A stretch of 64,000 nucleotides of DNA from Phycisphaerae bacterium (GTDB lineage Bacteria > Planctomycetota > Phycisphaerae > UBA1845). Positions 18,045 through 27,299 of the stretch are shown here, piece by piece. The DNA is taken from positions 1,280,001 through 1,344,000 of the forward strand of contig CAXXGO010000006.1 in the NCBI GenBank assembly GCA_963666835.2, given 5' to 3'. Both the position numbers and the translations under genes were made by a program. Each line of letters opens with the position of its first letter. The first letter of the stretch is position 1. Below the pieces are notes generated by a model. It was not told where the DNA came from and made no database searches. It worked only from the letters and a program-made list of their open reading frames with translations.

Positions 18045-19124
18045 GTGGCGATTACATACCGGCAGAGCGGAGTTGATATTGAAGCCAACGCTCGTTGGGT
18101 AGGGGCGATTCAGGCGGCGATGCGGAGTACGTACGGTCCGCGCGTGCCAAAGATGCGTCACGGTGGTTTCGCCGGGTTGTTTCGCCTGGATTATGACGAG
18201 CAGCTCTTTCGGCGGAACTATCGCCGGCCGGTGCTGGTGGGTTGCGCGGACGGGGTCGGGACGAAGGTACTGATCGCGATCGCACTGAAGCGTCTCTCGA
18301 CGATCGGGATCGATCTGGTCGCGATGAACGTGAACGACCTGATCACTTGCGGGGCGGAGCCGCTGTTCTTTTTGGATTATCTGGCGGTCAACAAGCTGGA
18401 CCCGGCGGGGCTGCAGGAGGTCATCGAGGGCGTGGCCGCCGGCTGCCGGGAGGCGGGTTGTGCGCTGCTGGGCGGGGAGACGGCGGAGATGCCCGATTTG
18501 TACCGCCGGGGCGAGTTCGATCTGGCCGGGTTCTCGGTGGGGGTGGTGGAGTACGGCCGGGTGATTGATGGGACCCGCGTGGCTCCTGGTGACGTCGTAT
18601 TGGCACTGCCGTCCAGCGGAGTTCACTCCAACGGTTATTCGCTGGTTCGCAAGCTCATCTTTGCCGGGCGCTGCCGGCTGGACCGCACCTACGATGATCT
18701 GGGCGAGACCCTCGGCGAGGCGCTGCTTCGTCCGACGCGGATCTATGTGAACGCGGTGCAGGCGGTTTTGCACGCGTACCCGATCAAGCGGGTAATCACC
18801 GGCATGGCGCACATAACCGGGGGCGGGCTAACGGAGAATGTCGCCCGGGCGTTGCCGGTGAACTGTGATGCCGTGCTGCGAAGCTCGGCGTGGCGTCCGC
18901 CGCCGATATTCGACTTCCTGCGCCGGCTCGGTACCAGTCGAGCCGAGATGTTCAAGGTGTTCAATATGGGGGTGGGTTACGTGTTTTTTGTCCGGCCTCG
19001 ATACGTTGCCGGGGTCCTCCGGGCTTTGCGGGAATCTGGGGAGCGCCCGTTTGAGCTCGGTTGCGTGCGGCGGGGTACGCAGCGTGTCCGGTTTGAGCGG
19101 CGCAAGAGGGGTGACGTCCGATAA
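18045..19124 (+). CDS. purM: Phosphoribosylformylglycinamidine cyclo-ligase (AIR synthetase)
   Basis: TYRQSGVD, DGVGTK, DLVAMNVND, GGETAEMP, SSGVHSNGYSL, HITGGG, FNMG. Confidence 0.96.
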   Translation: MAITYRQSGVDIEANARWVGAIQAAMRSTYGPRVPKMRHGGFAGLFRLDYDEQLFRRNYRRPVLVGCADGVGTKVLIAIALKRLSTIGIDLVAMNVNDLITCGAEPLFFLDYLAVNKLDPAGLQEVIEGVAAGCREAGCALLGGETAEMPDLYRRGEFDLAGFSVGVVEYGRVIDGTRVAPGDVVLALPSSGVHSNGYSLVRKLIFAGRCRLDRTYDDLGETLGEALLRPTRIYVNAVQAVLHAYPIKRVITGMAHITGGGLTENVARALPVNCDAVLRSSAWRPPPIFDFLRRLGTSRAEMFKVFNMGVGYVFFVRPRYVAGVLRALRESGERPFELGCVRRGTQRVRFERRKRGDVR

Positions 19125-19234
19125 CCTTGGCGGCTTTCGGGGCGGTAGTCGTGGGCGGGGTGCGAATAACCGGCGGGTTGGGGCGAATATCCCATCACAG
19201 ACGTTACTCAACCGGGTGGTGGTGAGGCCGAGAC

Positions 19235-19753
19235 ATGGTACAGATCACGATATTCGCTGGGCACGACGGGCAGTTGCGCTCCGACAAGCTGTTTTACTTC
19301 ACGTTGTTTGCCGGGTGCGATCTGGTTCGGCCTACTGCGGCTCGGCAGGCTCAGGATTACAGCGAGCGGCGTCGAGCGAACCGACCTCCTCCTCCGCGGC
19401 CGTTCTTTTTGACCATTTTCGCCGGGGTTGACATCAAATCTCCGACCATGGCGGAGGAGTACCTGGATCTTCGGGAGATGCTCAGCGCGGGGGCGCTGAC
19501 GTTGGACGACTGGGAGCGGGCGATTGGGCGGGTGAGTTCGTCGGAGGGTTCGATCGGCTCTTTGACCCTCTTCGGCGGGATGGGTGAGAACGAGATCCCG
19601 TCGGAGAGTGAGGAGATCGAGGCCCTGGCGCTGCACCGCCATTTGGGTAACATTTCGGATGAGGCGGGGCGGGTCCTTCAGTACGGTATCGGTCAGCACA
19701 ATGCCGAGCGGTACTCGATCGTCCGGCAGGCGGTGCTGGCGGGTACGGCCTGA
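19235..19753 (+). CDS. Hypothetical protein with repeated T(I/L)F(A/G)G motifs
   Basis: GAGG RBS; fills the gap between purM and the ABC module; four T[IL]F[AG]G motifs. Confidence 0.7.
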   Translation: MVQITIFAGHDGQLRSDKLFYFTLFAGCDLVRPTAARQAQDYSERRRANRPPPPRPFFLTIFAGVDIKSPTMAEEYLDLREMLSAGALTLDDWERAIGRVSSSEGSIGSLTLFGGMGENEIPSESEEIEALALHRHLGNISDEAGRVLQYGIGQHNAERYSIVRQAVLAGTA

Positions 19754-19910
19754 CTGCGGGGCGGGCATTCGCGGTTTACTTCCGGTTTCTATTGCCGTCA
19801 TAATCTCAGGAAGGCAGTGGTCTGCGCGTTGCTTGCCGGGCGAGTTGTCGCTATGGCTTGGGGTGGCTAGAATTATACTGTTAGTGGATGTGAGAGCATC
19901 TCGGGTGTGA

Positions 19911-22412
19911 TTGGGTCCAATCGCTCCGGGTATCGTGTCGGCGGTCGTTTCCTTCGCAGGGAGTCTAATGGCCTTGGTAAGGCCTGTAGAGCCGGGTCCG
20001 TGGTTGTCCTGGGCGGGGTTGCTGAGCGTGGTCCTGGTCTTGCTGCCGGCTCCGCGCCCGGCGCGGGCGACGGTGGAAGTGACGGTAACTCGGGTCGGTT
20101 TTCCTACATTGAACAGCGGCTCGGTCATCCGAAACGGGGCGTGGATGCCGATCGTGGTGGATCTCGATTTGATCGACCAGAGCAGCTTCGACGGATGGTT
20201 GCGTACGGCGCAGTTTGACGACGACGGAGATGCCTGTATTGACGCTGTCGAGGTGCATCTGCGAGTTGAGACCGGCGGTACCGCAACGCGCACCCTGTAC
20301 GTTCCAGCGAGCCCCGGGCGTAACTCGGGGAAATGTGAGGTAGAGCTCCTGACGGACCGGGGAGAGGCGGTCGAGGTGTTGTCGCAGGGTGAGCTGACGT
20401 ATCGAGCGTCGCCGGGGCAGGTTCCGCAGCACGTCGATGATGACGCCGTTGTGGTGTTGTCTCTTTCCGCGGGGACGGTGGGGCGAGTGCAGGATCTGGT
20501 GGCGCCGGGGGACGAGAGGCCTTACATCCGACCGGTATCAGTGGCGCATCTTAGCCCGGGAGATCTTCCGGAGCAGTGGATGGGTCTGGAGGCGATTGAT
20601 TACATCGTTTGGGATGACGCAGACCCGGAGCTATTGACGGAGCGGCAGGTTGGGGCCTTGTTGGAGTGGGTCCGGCAGGGTGGGACGTTGTTGATTGCGG
20701 CGTCGCGCTCGGCGGATGCGCTGACGCTTTCCGGTCCGTTGGCGGAGGCGCTGCCGGTAACGATCGGCGAGACCATGGCGGTTCGCAACCTCAGGGAGGT
20801 CCGGCGCGAGCTTCTGGAGGCGCCAAAAGACGAGGACGGTCGGCGGGTCGCGGATTCCATCTGGTTGGCGGCGGAGTTTCCGGGTCCGGTGCCGGTGGCC
20901 AAGTGTACTTTGCGAGACGGTAGTGTTGTGGAGGCGGAGGAGGATTCGCTGGGTCTTCCGGTGGTTACTCGGGGCCGGTTAAGCGGCGGGTATGTGATCT
21001 ACTCCGCGGTGACGTTGAAGGACTTATTCAGTGCCTCGGGTGAGACATCTGTTTTTTTTGATCGCCTTTTCTATCTGAACCGGTTTGACAATCCGGATAC
21101 AGAGCGTCCGCGTGGCATATCTTTGTTTTATGCGGCGGTTACTCCGGTTTCATTTGCCACCAGCGGAGGCGTGTATTTGCTGGTGGCGGCGCTGGCCTCG
21201 GTGGCCTATGTGTTATTGGCGACGTTCGGCGTTTGGGGTTTTCTGTCCAAGCGTGGTTGGCGGCATCATAGCTGGAACGCGTTTGCCCTGGCGGCGATTG
21301 CCGCGAGTGTCCTGAGCGTGGTGGTGGTGCAGTCGCGGCGAGGCTTCGGGGCGACTCTGCGCCAGCTTTCCGTGATCGATGCAGAAGCCGGTGATACGGT
21401 CGGTTGGGGCACGGCGTATTTCGGGCTCAAGACCAGTATCGACCGGAAGATGGACTTGTGGCTGCCGGCCGATCGGGAAGCCGCTTCAGAACCTCACGAG
21501 ACGTCGTGTTTTCTTCGGCCACTGCCGGGGACGATGGATGCAAGCGGCGAGCGGACGAGCTTCGCGGACCCGGAGGAGTATCGGTTGATCCCGGCAAGTG
21601 CGGTCATTGAAGATGTCCGGATGAGGGCGACGCTGAAGCGTTTCGAGGGGCGTTGGATGGGTCCGCTGGCCGGCCGGCTGACCGGCGAGATCTTCGTCCG
21701 GGGGCGCGAGATGTCGGAAGACAGTTATGTAATGAACGAACTGGGGGTCGACTTGGTGAGTTGCTGGCTGTTGCACCCGGTTATTAACGCCGACGACCAG
21801 CAGGGCTTTCGCAGCAATGCGGTATACGCGTACGAGTTGGGGAATCTGCCGGCTGATGGGGAGCGCGTGCTGCTGCACCCGTTGTGTTATACGCCGAAGT
21901 TGAAGCAGACGCTGCCGCAGTTTATGGCGTCGGTGACCCTGGCCAAGCGGCAGACGGAGTGGGGAACGCCGTTTCGTAGTCTGGTAGGAGACCTGAGTTT
22001 CGGCGGAGATCGTCCGAAGGGTCCGCCGCTGGGTGAGGAGCAGCGGGCGTTGATGTTGCTCTCGACCGTGGGGGAATACGACCCGAGTCAAGACGCGAAC
22101 ATGAGCAGGCATATATTCGGTTTGCCGACCTGGTCGCGAGATCGAGCGAGGGCGCTTGACTTGCGTGATCAACTGCAGAAGGACTGTGTGTATTTGATAG
22201 GTTTCACGGATGATCCCGGTCCGATTGGGTTGTTTCGCAGAACAGGAAACCGGGGGTATCGTCTGTTGGAGCCGGCCGACGGTGAGGCTCGGACGATGTA
22301 TCGTTTCCGGATTCCCGTGGTGAGGCGGGGTTCGGTGACGGGCAGCGCCGTCTCGGCAGAACCTGACACCCCGGTTGCGGAAAAAGAGGCCGTCCCGGTA
22401 GAAGAGGATTAA
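19911..22412 (+). CDS. Membrane protein with class I glutamine-amidotransferase-like domain (ABC exporter accessory)
   Basis: DLPEQWMGLEAIDYIVWDD...QVGALLEWVRQGGTLLI signature; signal peptide and two internal TM helices. Start uncertain (possibly ATG near 19968). Confidence 0.75.
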   Translation: MGPIAPGIVSAVVSFAGSLMALVRPVEPGPWLSWAGLLSVVLVLLPAPRPARATVEVTVTRVGFPTLNSGSVIRNGAWMPIVVDLDLIDQSSFDGWLRTAQFDDDGDACIDAVEVHLRVETGGTATRTLYVPASPGRNSGKCEVELLTDRGEAVEVLSQGELTYRASPGQVPQHVDDDAVVVLSLSAGTVGRVQDLVAPGDERPYIRPVSVAHLSPGDLPEQWMGLEAIDYIVWDDADPELLTERQVGALLEWVRQGGTLLIAASRSADALTLSGPLAEALPVTIGETMAVRNLREVRRELLEAPKDEDGRRVADSIWLAAEFPGPVPVAKCTLRDGSVVEAEEDSLGLPVVTRGRLSGGYVIYSAVTLKDLFSASGETSVFFDRLFYLNRFDNPDTERPRGISLFYAAVTPVSFATSGGVYLLVAALASVAYVLLATFGVWGFLSKRGWRHHSWNAFALAAIAASVLSVVVVQSRRGFGATLRQLSVIDAEAGDTVGWGTAYFGLKTSIDRKMDLWLPADREAASEPHETSCFLRPLPGTMDASGERTSFADPEEYRLIPASAVIEDVRMRATLKRFEGRWMGPLAGRLTGEIFVRGREMSEDSYVMNELGVDLVSCWLLHPVINADDQQGFRSNAVYAYELGNLPADGERVLLHPLCYTPKLKQTLPQFMASVTLAKRQTEWGTPFRSLVGDLSFGGDRPKGPPLGEEQRALMLLSTVGEYDPSQDANMSRHIFGLPTWSRDRARALDLRDQLQKDCVYLIGFTDDPGPIGLFRRTGNRGYRLLEPADGEARTMYRFRIPVVRRGSVTGSAVSAEPDTPVAEKEAVPVEED

Positions 22413-22424
22413 AGACACTACCTC

Positions 22425-23354
22425 GTGATTGTCAAAACCATCAATCTGACGAAGCGGTATGGGAAGCTGGTGGCGCTCGACAACCTCCATTTGAATATCG
22501 AGGAGGGAGAGTGTTTCGGGTACATCGGTCCGAATGGCGCGGGAAAAACGACGACGATCAAGATTCTCGCGACGCTTTTGCAGCCGACTTGGGGTGAGGC
22601 GCGGGTTTGCGACTACGTTGTGGGTTACGAGTCGCGTAAGATTCGGCCGTTGATCGGGTATGTTCCGGATTTCTTCGGGGCGTACGAAGACATGGTCGTG
22701 CAGGAGTACTTGGAGTTTTTCGCCAGCGCGTACAATATTACCGGGAAGCAGCGTATGCGGGTGGTGGGCGATGTGCTCGAGCTGACGGACTTGGTCTATA
22801 AGCGCGAAGCTCTGGTGGACTCGCTTTCGCGCGGGATGCAGCAGCGTCTGAGCGTGGCGCGGGTTTTGTTGCACGACCCGAAGGTGCTGTTGCTGGATGA
22901 GCCGGCCAGCGGGCTCGACCCCAGAGCGCGGATTGAGATTCGGGAGCTGCTCAAAGAACTGCATCGGATGGGCAAGACGATTATCATAAGCTCGCACATT
23001 CTCCATGAGTTGGCGGAATTGTGTACGACGGTGGGGATTATCGAGCAGGGCGAGCTGTTGTTCCACGGGCCGCTTCGGGAGATTCTCGACCGGGCGCGGA
23101 CGGGTACCAAGCTGGTAATCAAGGTTACGGAACAGCAGGACCTAGCGGCGTTGACCCTGCAGCGGGCGAAGGGAGTGAAGGGCGTGGAATTGCGCAACGG
23201 ACAACTGGTAGTCGAGTTGACTAAGGCGACCCATGACTTCAGCGCCGTGGCGTATCTTCTCTTGAAGAACAAGTTCAGAATCAGGGAGATTAAGGAGGAA
23301 GAGGTCGACCTGGAGACGGCGTTTATGAGGCTGACGAAGGGAATGGTGCAGTAG
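22425..23354 (+). CDS. ABC transporter ATP-binding protein (ABC-2/drug-export type)
   Basis: Walker A GPNGAGKTT, signature LSRGMQQR, Walker B LLLDEP, H-loop SSH. Confidence 0.95.
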   Translation: MIVKTINLTKRYGKLVALDNLHLNIEEGECFGYIGPNGAGKTTTIKILATLLQPTWGEARVCDYVVGYESRKIRPLIGYVPDFFGAYEDMVVQEYLEFFASAYNITGKQRMRVVGDVLELTDLVYKREALVDSLSRGMQQRLSVARVLLHDPKVLLLDEPASGLDPRARIEIRELLKELHRMGKTIIISSHILHELAELCTTVGIIEQGELLFHGPLREILDRARTGTKLVIKVTEQQDLAALTLQRAKGVKGVELRNGQLVVELTKATHDFSAVAYLLLKNKFRIREIKEEEVDLETAFMRLTKGMVQ

Positions 23355-23412
23355 AGGTCCGTTGGAGAGCGCGGCTGTCGGTTTTGTGCCGTTCTCGAAG
23401 TTGCGTGTGTGA

Positions 23413-25230
23413 ATGAATGCAGTATTCGCTAAGTTGTGGTTGTGGGTCTGGCATTTACTGCCGGCCAACCCGATTCTGATTCGGGTGGTCACCGGGGCAT
23501 CACGCCGATCGCGGCATTTATGGCTGCGGGCGGGGTACCTGAGTGCGCTGCTGTTGGTAGTTCTCTTTCTGCTCATCACGGCGATGACCGGCGAGAGCGG
23601 GTCGCTGACGGACCTGGCGAAGGGGGCGTCGCAGACGTTTATGTGGGCGTCGGTCGCGCAACTGGCGATGATGTGCTTCTTGGCGCCGGTGTTTACGGCC
23701 GCGGCCATTACGCAGGAGCGGGACGCCCAGACATTCAATATTCTCCTCTCGACGCCGCTTAGCAACGGTCAGATTGTGTTCGGGTCTTTGATGAGCCGGC
23801 TCTACTTCGTGGTGTTGCTGCTGCTGGCCGGGCTGCCGATCTTCTTGGTGACGACGGCGTATGGTGGGGTCGGAACCGCCCAGATCTTCGAGAGTTTTGC
23901 GCTTTCCGGGGCGACTGCCGTCTTGACCGGGTCCTTGGCGATCTTCGTAGCGATGGTGCGGGTGGGGACGCGCGGGACGATCTTCTCGTTCTACTTGCTG
24001 ATTGGGCTATACCTGCTGTGTCTCTACTTGCTGGGTTTGTGGGATCAGACCTGGCTGGACACGTCGCCGGCCAATCTGGCCGGGCGCAGGATGAGCTGGC
24101 TGACCCCGTTTCACCCGTTTCTGGCTTTGGAGGTGGCTCTGAACCAAGTCTATGCGCCGTCTCGGGCTCACTTGGGAGACTGTTCGGCGCTGACGCGATT
24201 CGCGTGGGCGTCCCCGGCCAGCTTCTATGTGGTTTGGACCCTGACGCTGGCGCTGGTATTGACGACCGTGAGTGTTATTTTTGTGCGGCGCGGGGCCAAG
24301 GTGGGAGAGCCGACCGTGTTGAATGTGATAGCGGGGTGGTTCAAGCGGGCTCCGCGAGGCGAGCGAATGCGCAAGCCGCGTAACGTGTGGGCGAACCCGG
24401 TGGCGTGGCGCGAGGCTCGAACCAGAGTGGCCAGCGGGGCATGGCTGCGATGGGCGCTGATCATCGGTGGTCTGGCGGGAGCGGTAACGCTGTTCATAGC
24501 GCACGCCGGTGGTGGTCTATCCGGCGGCGAGGTGCGCAGATGGCTGGCGGCCTTGATTGTGATCCAGTTCGCCATTGCCATTATCATTGCCACCAACACC
24601 GCGGCCACGTCGATGACCAAGGAGAAGGAATCCAAGACGATGGACCTTATGCTCACTACTCCGCTCACCAGCAAGTACATTCTGTGGGGTAAGTTGCGGG
24701 GGCTGGTGAGTTTCGCCGCTCCGCTGCTGGCCGGTCCGGTTCTGATGCTGGTGGCGTTTGGTCTTCTAGGTTTGGGAAGCACGGGTGCTCCTCCGGCGAT
24801 CTGGATAGAGACCGGGGCGGAACTGGCGTTGCTGATGGTGGTTTACACGGCCTTTGCCTGCGTGATTAGCCTGCGGGTGTCGCTGGTCACCAAGAAGAAC
24901 GTAACGGCGGTGATGTACAGCGTCGGATTGATGATTCTCCTCTATGGAGCGGCGACCTTACTGGGGATGGCCGTGGTCTCGGGAAGCGGGAACGAGATCG
25001 GGGGGTTCATGGCCCCGTTTACGCCGTTTACTTCCATCTGGTATTTGGTTGACTCTGAGCAGTTGTTCGAGTCGACGGCCGCGTTCACCCGAGGGCAGAT
25101 AGCGCTGCGCACTGCGGCCGCCTTCGGGACGGCCATTGCCGCCGTGCTCTACACGTTCATCATCTGGAGCGTGTACACCGGGTTGGTCCGCAACTTCGAC
25201 ATGATCGTCCGCAAGCAATCGGGGACGTAA
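23413..25230 (+). CDS. ABC transporter permease with two ABC-2-like halves
   Basis: About 12 TM segments; duplicated ITQERDAQTFNILLSTPL / MTKEKESKTMDLMLTTPL motifs. Confidence 0.88.
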   Translation: MNAVFAKLWLWVWHLLPANPILIRVVTGASRRSRHLWLRAGYLSALLLVVLFLLITAMTGESGSLTDLAKGASQTFMWASVAQLAMMCFLAPVFTAAAITQERDAQTFNILLSTPLSNGQIVFGSLMSRLYFVVLLLLAGLPIFLVTTAYGGVGTAQIFESFALSGATAVLTGSLAIFVAMVRVGTRGTIFSFYLLIGLYLLCLYLLGLWDQTWLDTSPANLAGRRMSWLTPFHPFLALEVALNQVYAPSRAHLGDCSALTRFAWASPASFYVVWTLTLALVLTTVSVIFVRRGAKVGEPTVLNVIAGWFKRAPRGERMRKPRNVWANPVAWREARTRVASGAWLRWALIIGGLAGAVTLFIAHAGGGLSGGEVRRWLAALIVIQFAIAIIIATNTAATSMTKEKESKTMDLMLTTPLTSKYILWGKLRGLVSFAAPLLAGPVLMLVAFGLLGLGSTGAPPAIWIETGAELALLMVVYTAFACVISLRVSLVTKKNVTAVMYSVGLMILLYGAATLLGMAVVSGSGNEIGGFMAPFTPFTSIWYLVDSEQLFESTAAFTRGQIALRTAAAFGTAIAAVLYTFIIWSVYTGLVRNFDMIVRKQSGT

Positions 25231-25433
25231 CCGGCGGCTTCTGTTCAGGTAGAGGCATCCGCTTCGCTATGGTATGCTTGTTGACGAACGACTCCACGTG
25301 GGCCAAGTCACCCGGACTCATTCCGGGTTCCCGGAACACCGCGCTTATGTCCGGCGTTACGTTCGCCTCGCCGTTCTCATAACGTTCTCTCCTGCTTAAA
25401 AAGCTAGTTGCGACTAACCCTGCCCGGCATGAT

Positions 25434-26339
25434 CTAAGGCCCGGGAGGCAAGTCCTGTTTCGGAAAAGTCACCCCCGGGGCGTCATCCGTCTGATAGGTG
25501 AACTTCCACGTTCGTACTCTGCCGTACCCGTACAGGTCGTGGCCAAAGTCTCTGTCCCAACGGACGATCAGCCCACTCTTTGGATCCACTTTCCATGTAT
25601 CTCTTACTGTTAGGTCATTCCCCTTGACGGTCATCCGCCGCAGGACAATCCATGTGTGGTTCTTCATGCAGAGGGTGACCATGTCCGTCCCCGGATTGCC
25701 CGCGCGAGCCCGGCCCGCGGGCCTCTTCCAGATGTGAAGAATCTCATCAGTCGGAAAGTCCGGGCCGATGTACTGCCCCTCCCGGAGAAAGGGCACGTAT
25801 TCGGAGGTCTCCATATACTCCCGGTCGGGGAGGAGATCCGCCCTCGTTCCAAGAAGGTGATCTATCACCCGCACCAGCTTGCTCCGCGGGCCCACGATAG
25901 GTCGATTCGTTGTATGAGTGAAACAGCGGATCATATTCGCATCGTTCTCGGAATGCCACCCGGCATGATACTCCTCATTCTCAAGCGAAAAGACGCTCAT
26001 CGCCCCGTCAAGAGTGTAGTTCTTGTCAATCAGTATCCAGGTTCCCACAGACTTCTCCGGCGGGAGCGTCGCGTCGACGCTTACTGCCGATGCCTGATAG
26101 ATCTGTTTGCCTTTGTTCTCCACCGCGAACCAGACAAAATCTCTTGTATGAATACAGTGGATGCGATGGGCTCCCGTGGGTTCCTGTTCAACATCCAGGA
26201 CGAACGACATGTGCGAGGCCTCAAGATACACCTCGGTGATTCGAGCCAGGGCTGCCTCAGCCTGTTCCCGGGTCAGCTCCGCAGACGCAGGCAGCAGCAC
26301 GGAGGCCTGCAAGATCAACAACCCTGCCATTGCGTTCAT
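25434..26339 (-). CDS. Hypothetical secreted protein
   Basis: About 300-aa ORF with signal-like N-terminus (MNAMAGLLILQASVLLPASA); no recognisable motif. Confidence 0.6.
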   Translation of the reverse strand: MNAMAGLLILQASVLLPASAELTREQAEAALARITEVYLEASHMSFVLDVEQEPTGAHRIHCIHTRDFVWFAVENKGKQIYQASAVSVDATLPPEKSVGTWILIDKNYTLDGAMSVFSLENEEYHAGWHSENDANMIRCFTHTTNRPIVGPRSKLVRVIDHLLGTRADLLPDREYMETSEYVPFLREGQYIGPDFPTDEILHIWKRPAGRARAGNPGTDMVTLCMKNHTWIVLRRMTVKGNDLTVRDTWKVDPKSGLIVRWDRDFGHDLYGYGRVRTWKFTYQTDDAPGVTFPKQDLPPGP

Positions 26340-26643
26340 AGAATATTCGCCTTCCTTCCGTGCCGCCACGAGACGATAGGCATGATTCCGAGAAGCCACT
26401 CTGCTGCGCTCACCGACGTGGACTACATCCTCTGAAGGTCGAGCCGTCGGCGCCGATTCGGTTTCTCACTGCCAATCCACTTTACTGGTTGCCGCCCGCG
26501 AACGCGAGGAGTTTCTTGCACCTAGAGTGACGTAATCCCATGAGAGGGTGTCACCGTTGCATGAAGCGGCCCCGACCTCGAATCCGCGAAGTCCGGACTA
26601 CGCGCCATTGCGGGGCCGGCGGCAACGTCAACGGTGGGGCCGA

Positions 26644-27270
26644 TTAGCCGCCGTGATCGTGATTGTCATGATCGTGATTGTCATGATCGTGATCGTGTTC
26701 GACGGCCGGGGCGAGGTCGTGGAGTTTCCCGAGAAGTGTGAGCATTTCCGCGTGCATCGCCCGTATCTCGTCCACGTTGCCATCCTCGGAGGCCGCGTGG
26801 GCTTTATTGGCCTTGGCCGCCAAGAGCTTCTGTGTTTGATTGACGGTCTTCACGTCTTCTTTCGCCACGCCGCTATCCGTGGCCATAGCCAGCTTGGGCA
26901 GCTCGGCGCTGATTCCGACAATGGCGTCACAGGGACCGTGAGCGCCGGCAATGTTGCCCTCGGCGAGTAACCTCTCGATCTCGGCGAGTTCCGTCGCGAC
27001 GGCCTCTATTGCGACCATGTACGTCGTGGGGGTCTCTTCATGACCGTGGCTGTGCCCGTGATTGTGTGCGGCCTCTTCCGTCCGGGCCGGGGCCGGCACT
27101 TTCGCATGGGCATGAGCGTGCTCCGTTTCCTTGGGAGTGGCAGAGTCTGCCGACTTCGGGACGGTCGTTTCGTGGGGTTCGGGGGATTCGTCACGACGGC
27201 AGCCGCTTGCGGTTGCCAGCACCATACCGAGGGACGCGACGCCAACGAGAATTAGCCTGGTTCCGTTCAT
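26644..27270 (-). CDS. His-rich lipoprotein, last gene of the RND operon
   Basis: Lipobox ASGC; HAHAH, HNHGHSHGH and C-terminal HDHDHDNHDHDNHDH. Confidence 0.78.
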   Translation of the reverse strand: MNGTRLILVGVASLGMVLATASGCRRDESPEPHETTVPKSADSATPKETEHAHAHAKVPAPARTEEAAHNHGHSHGHEETPTTYMVAIEAVATELAEIERLLAEGNIAGAHGPCDAIVGISAELPKLAMATDSGVAKEDVKTVNQTQKLLAAKANKAHAASEDGNVDEIRAMHAEMLTLLGKLHDLAPAVEHDHDHDNHDHDNHDHGG

Positions 27271-27299
27271 AGTCAAGCTCCTTGAGATTTCTGAACGGT

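Noticed and set aside
15248..18088. 946-aa minus-strand ORF
   Set aside because: Antisense shadow across purF, REPs and RAYT.
25356..25395. RBS AGGAGA plus ATG on the minus strand
   Set aside because: Only 7 codons before TAA; possibly a gene remnant, but not supportable.
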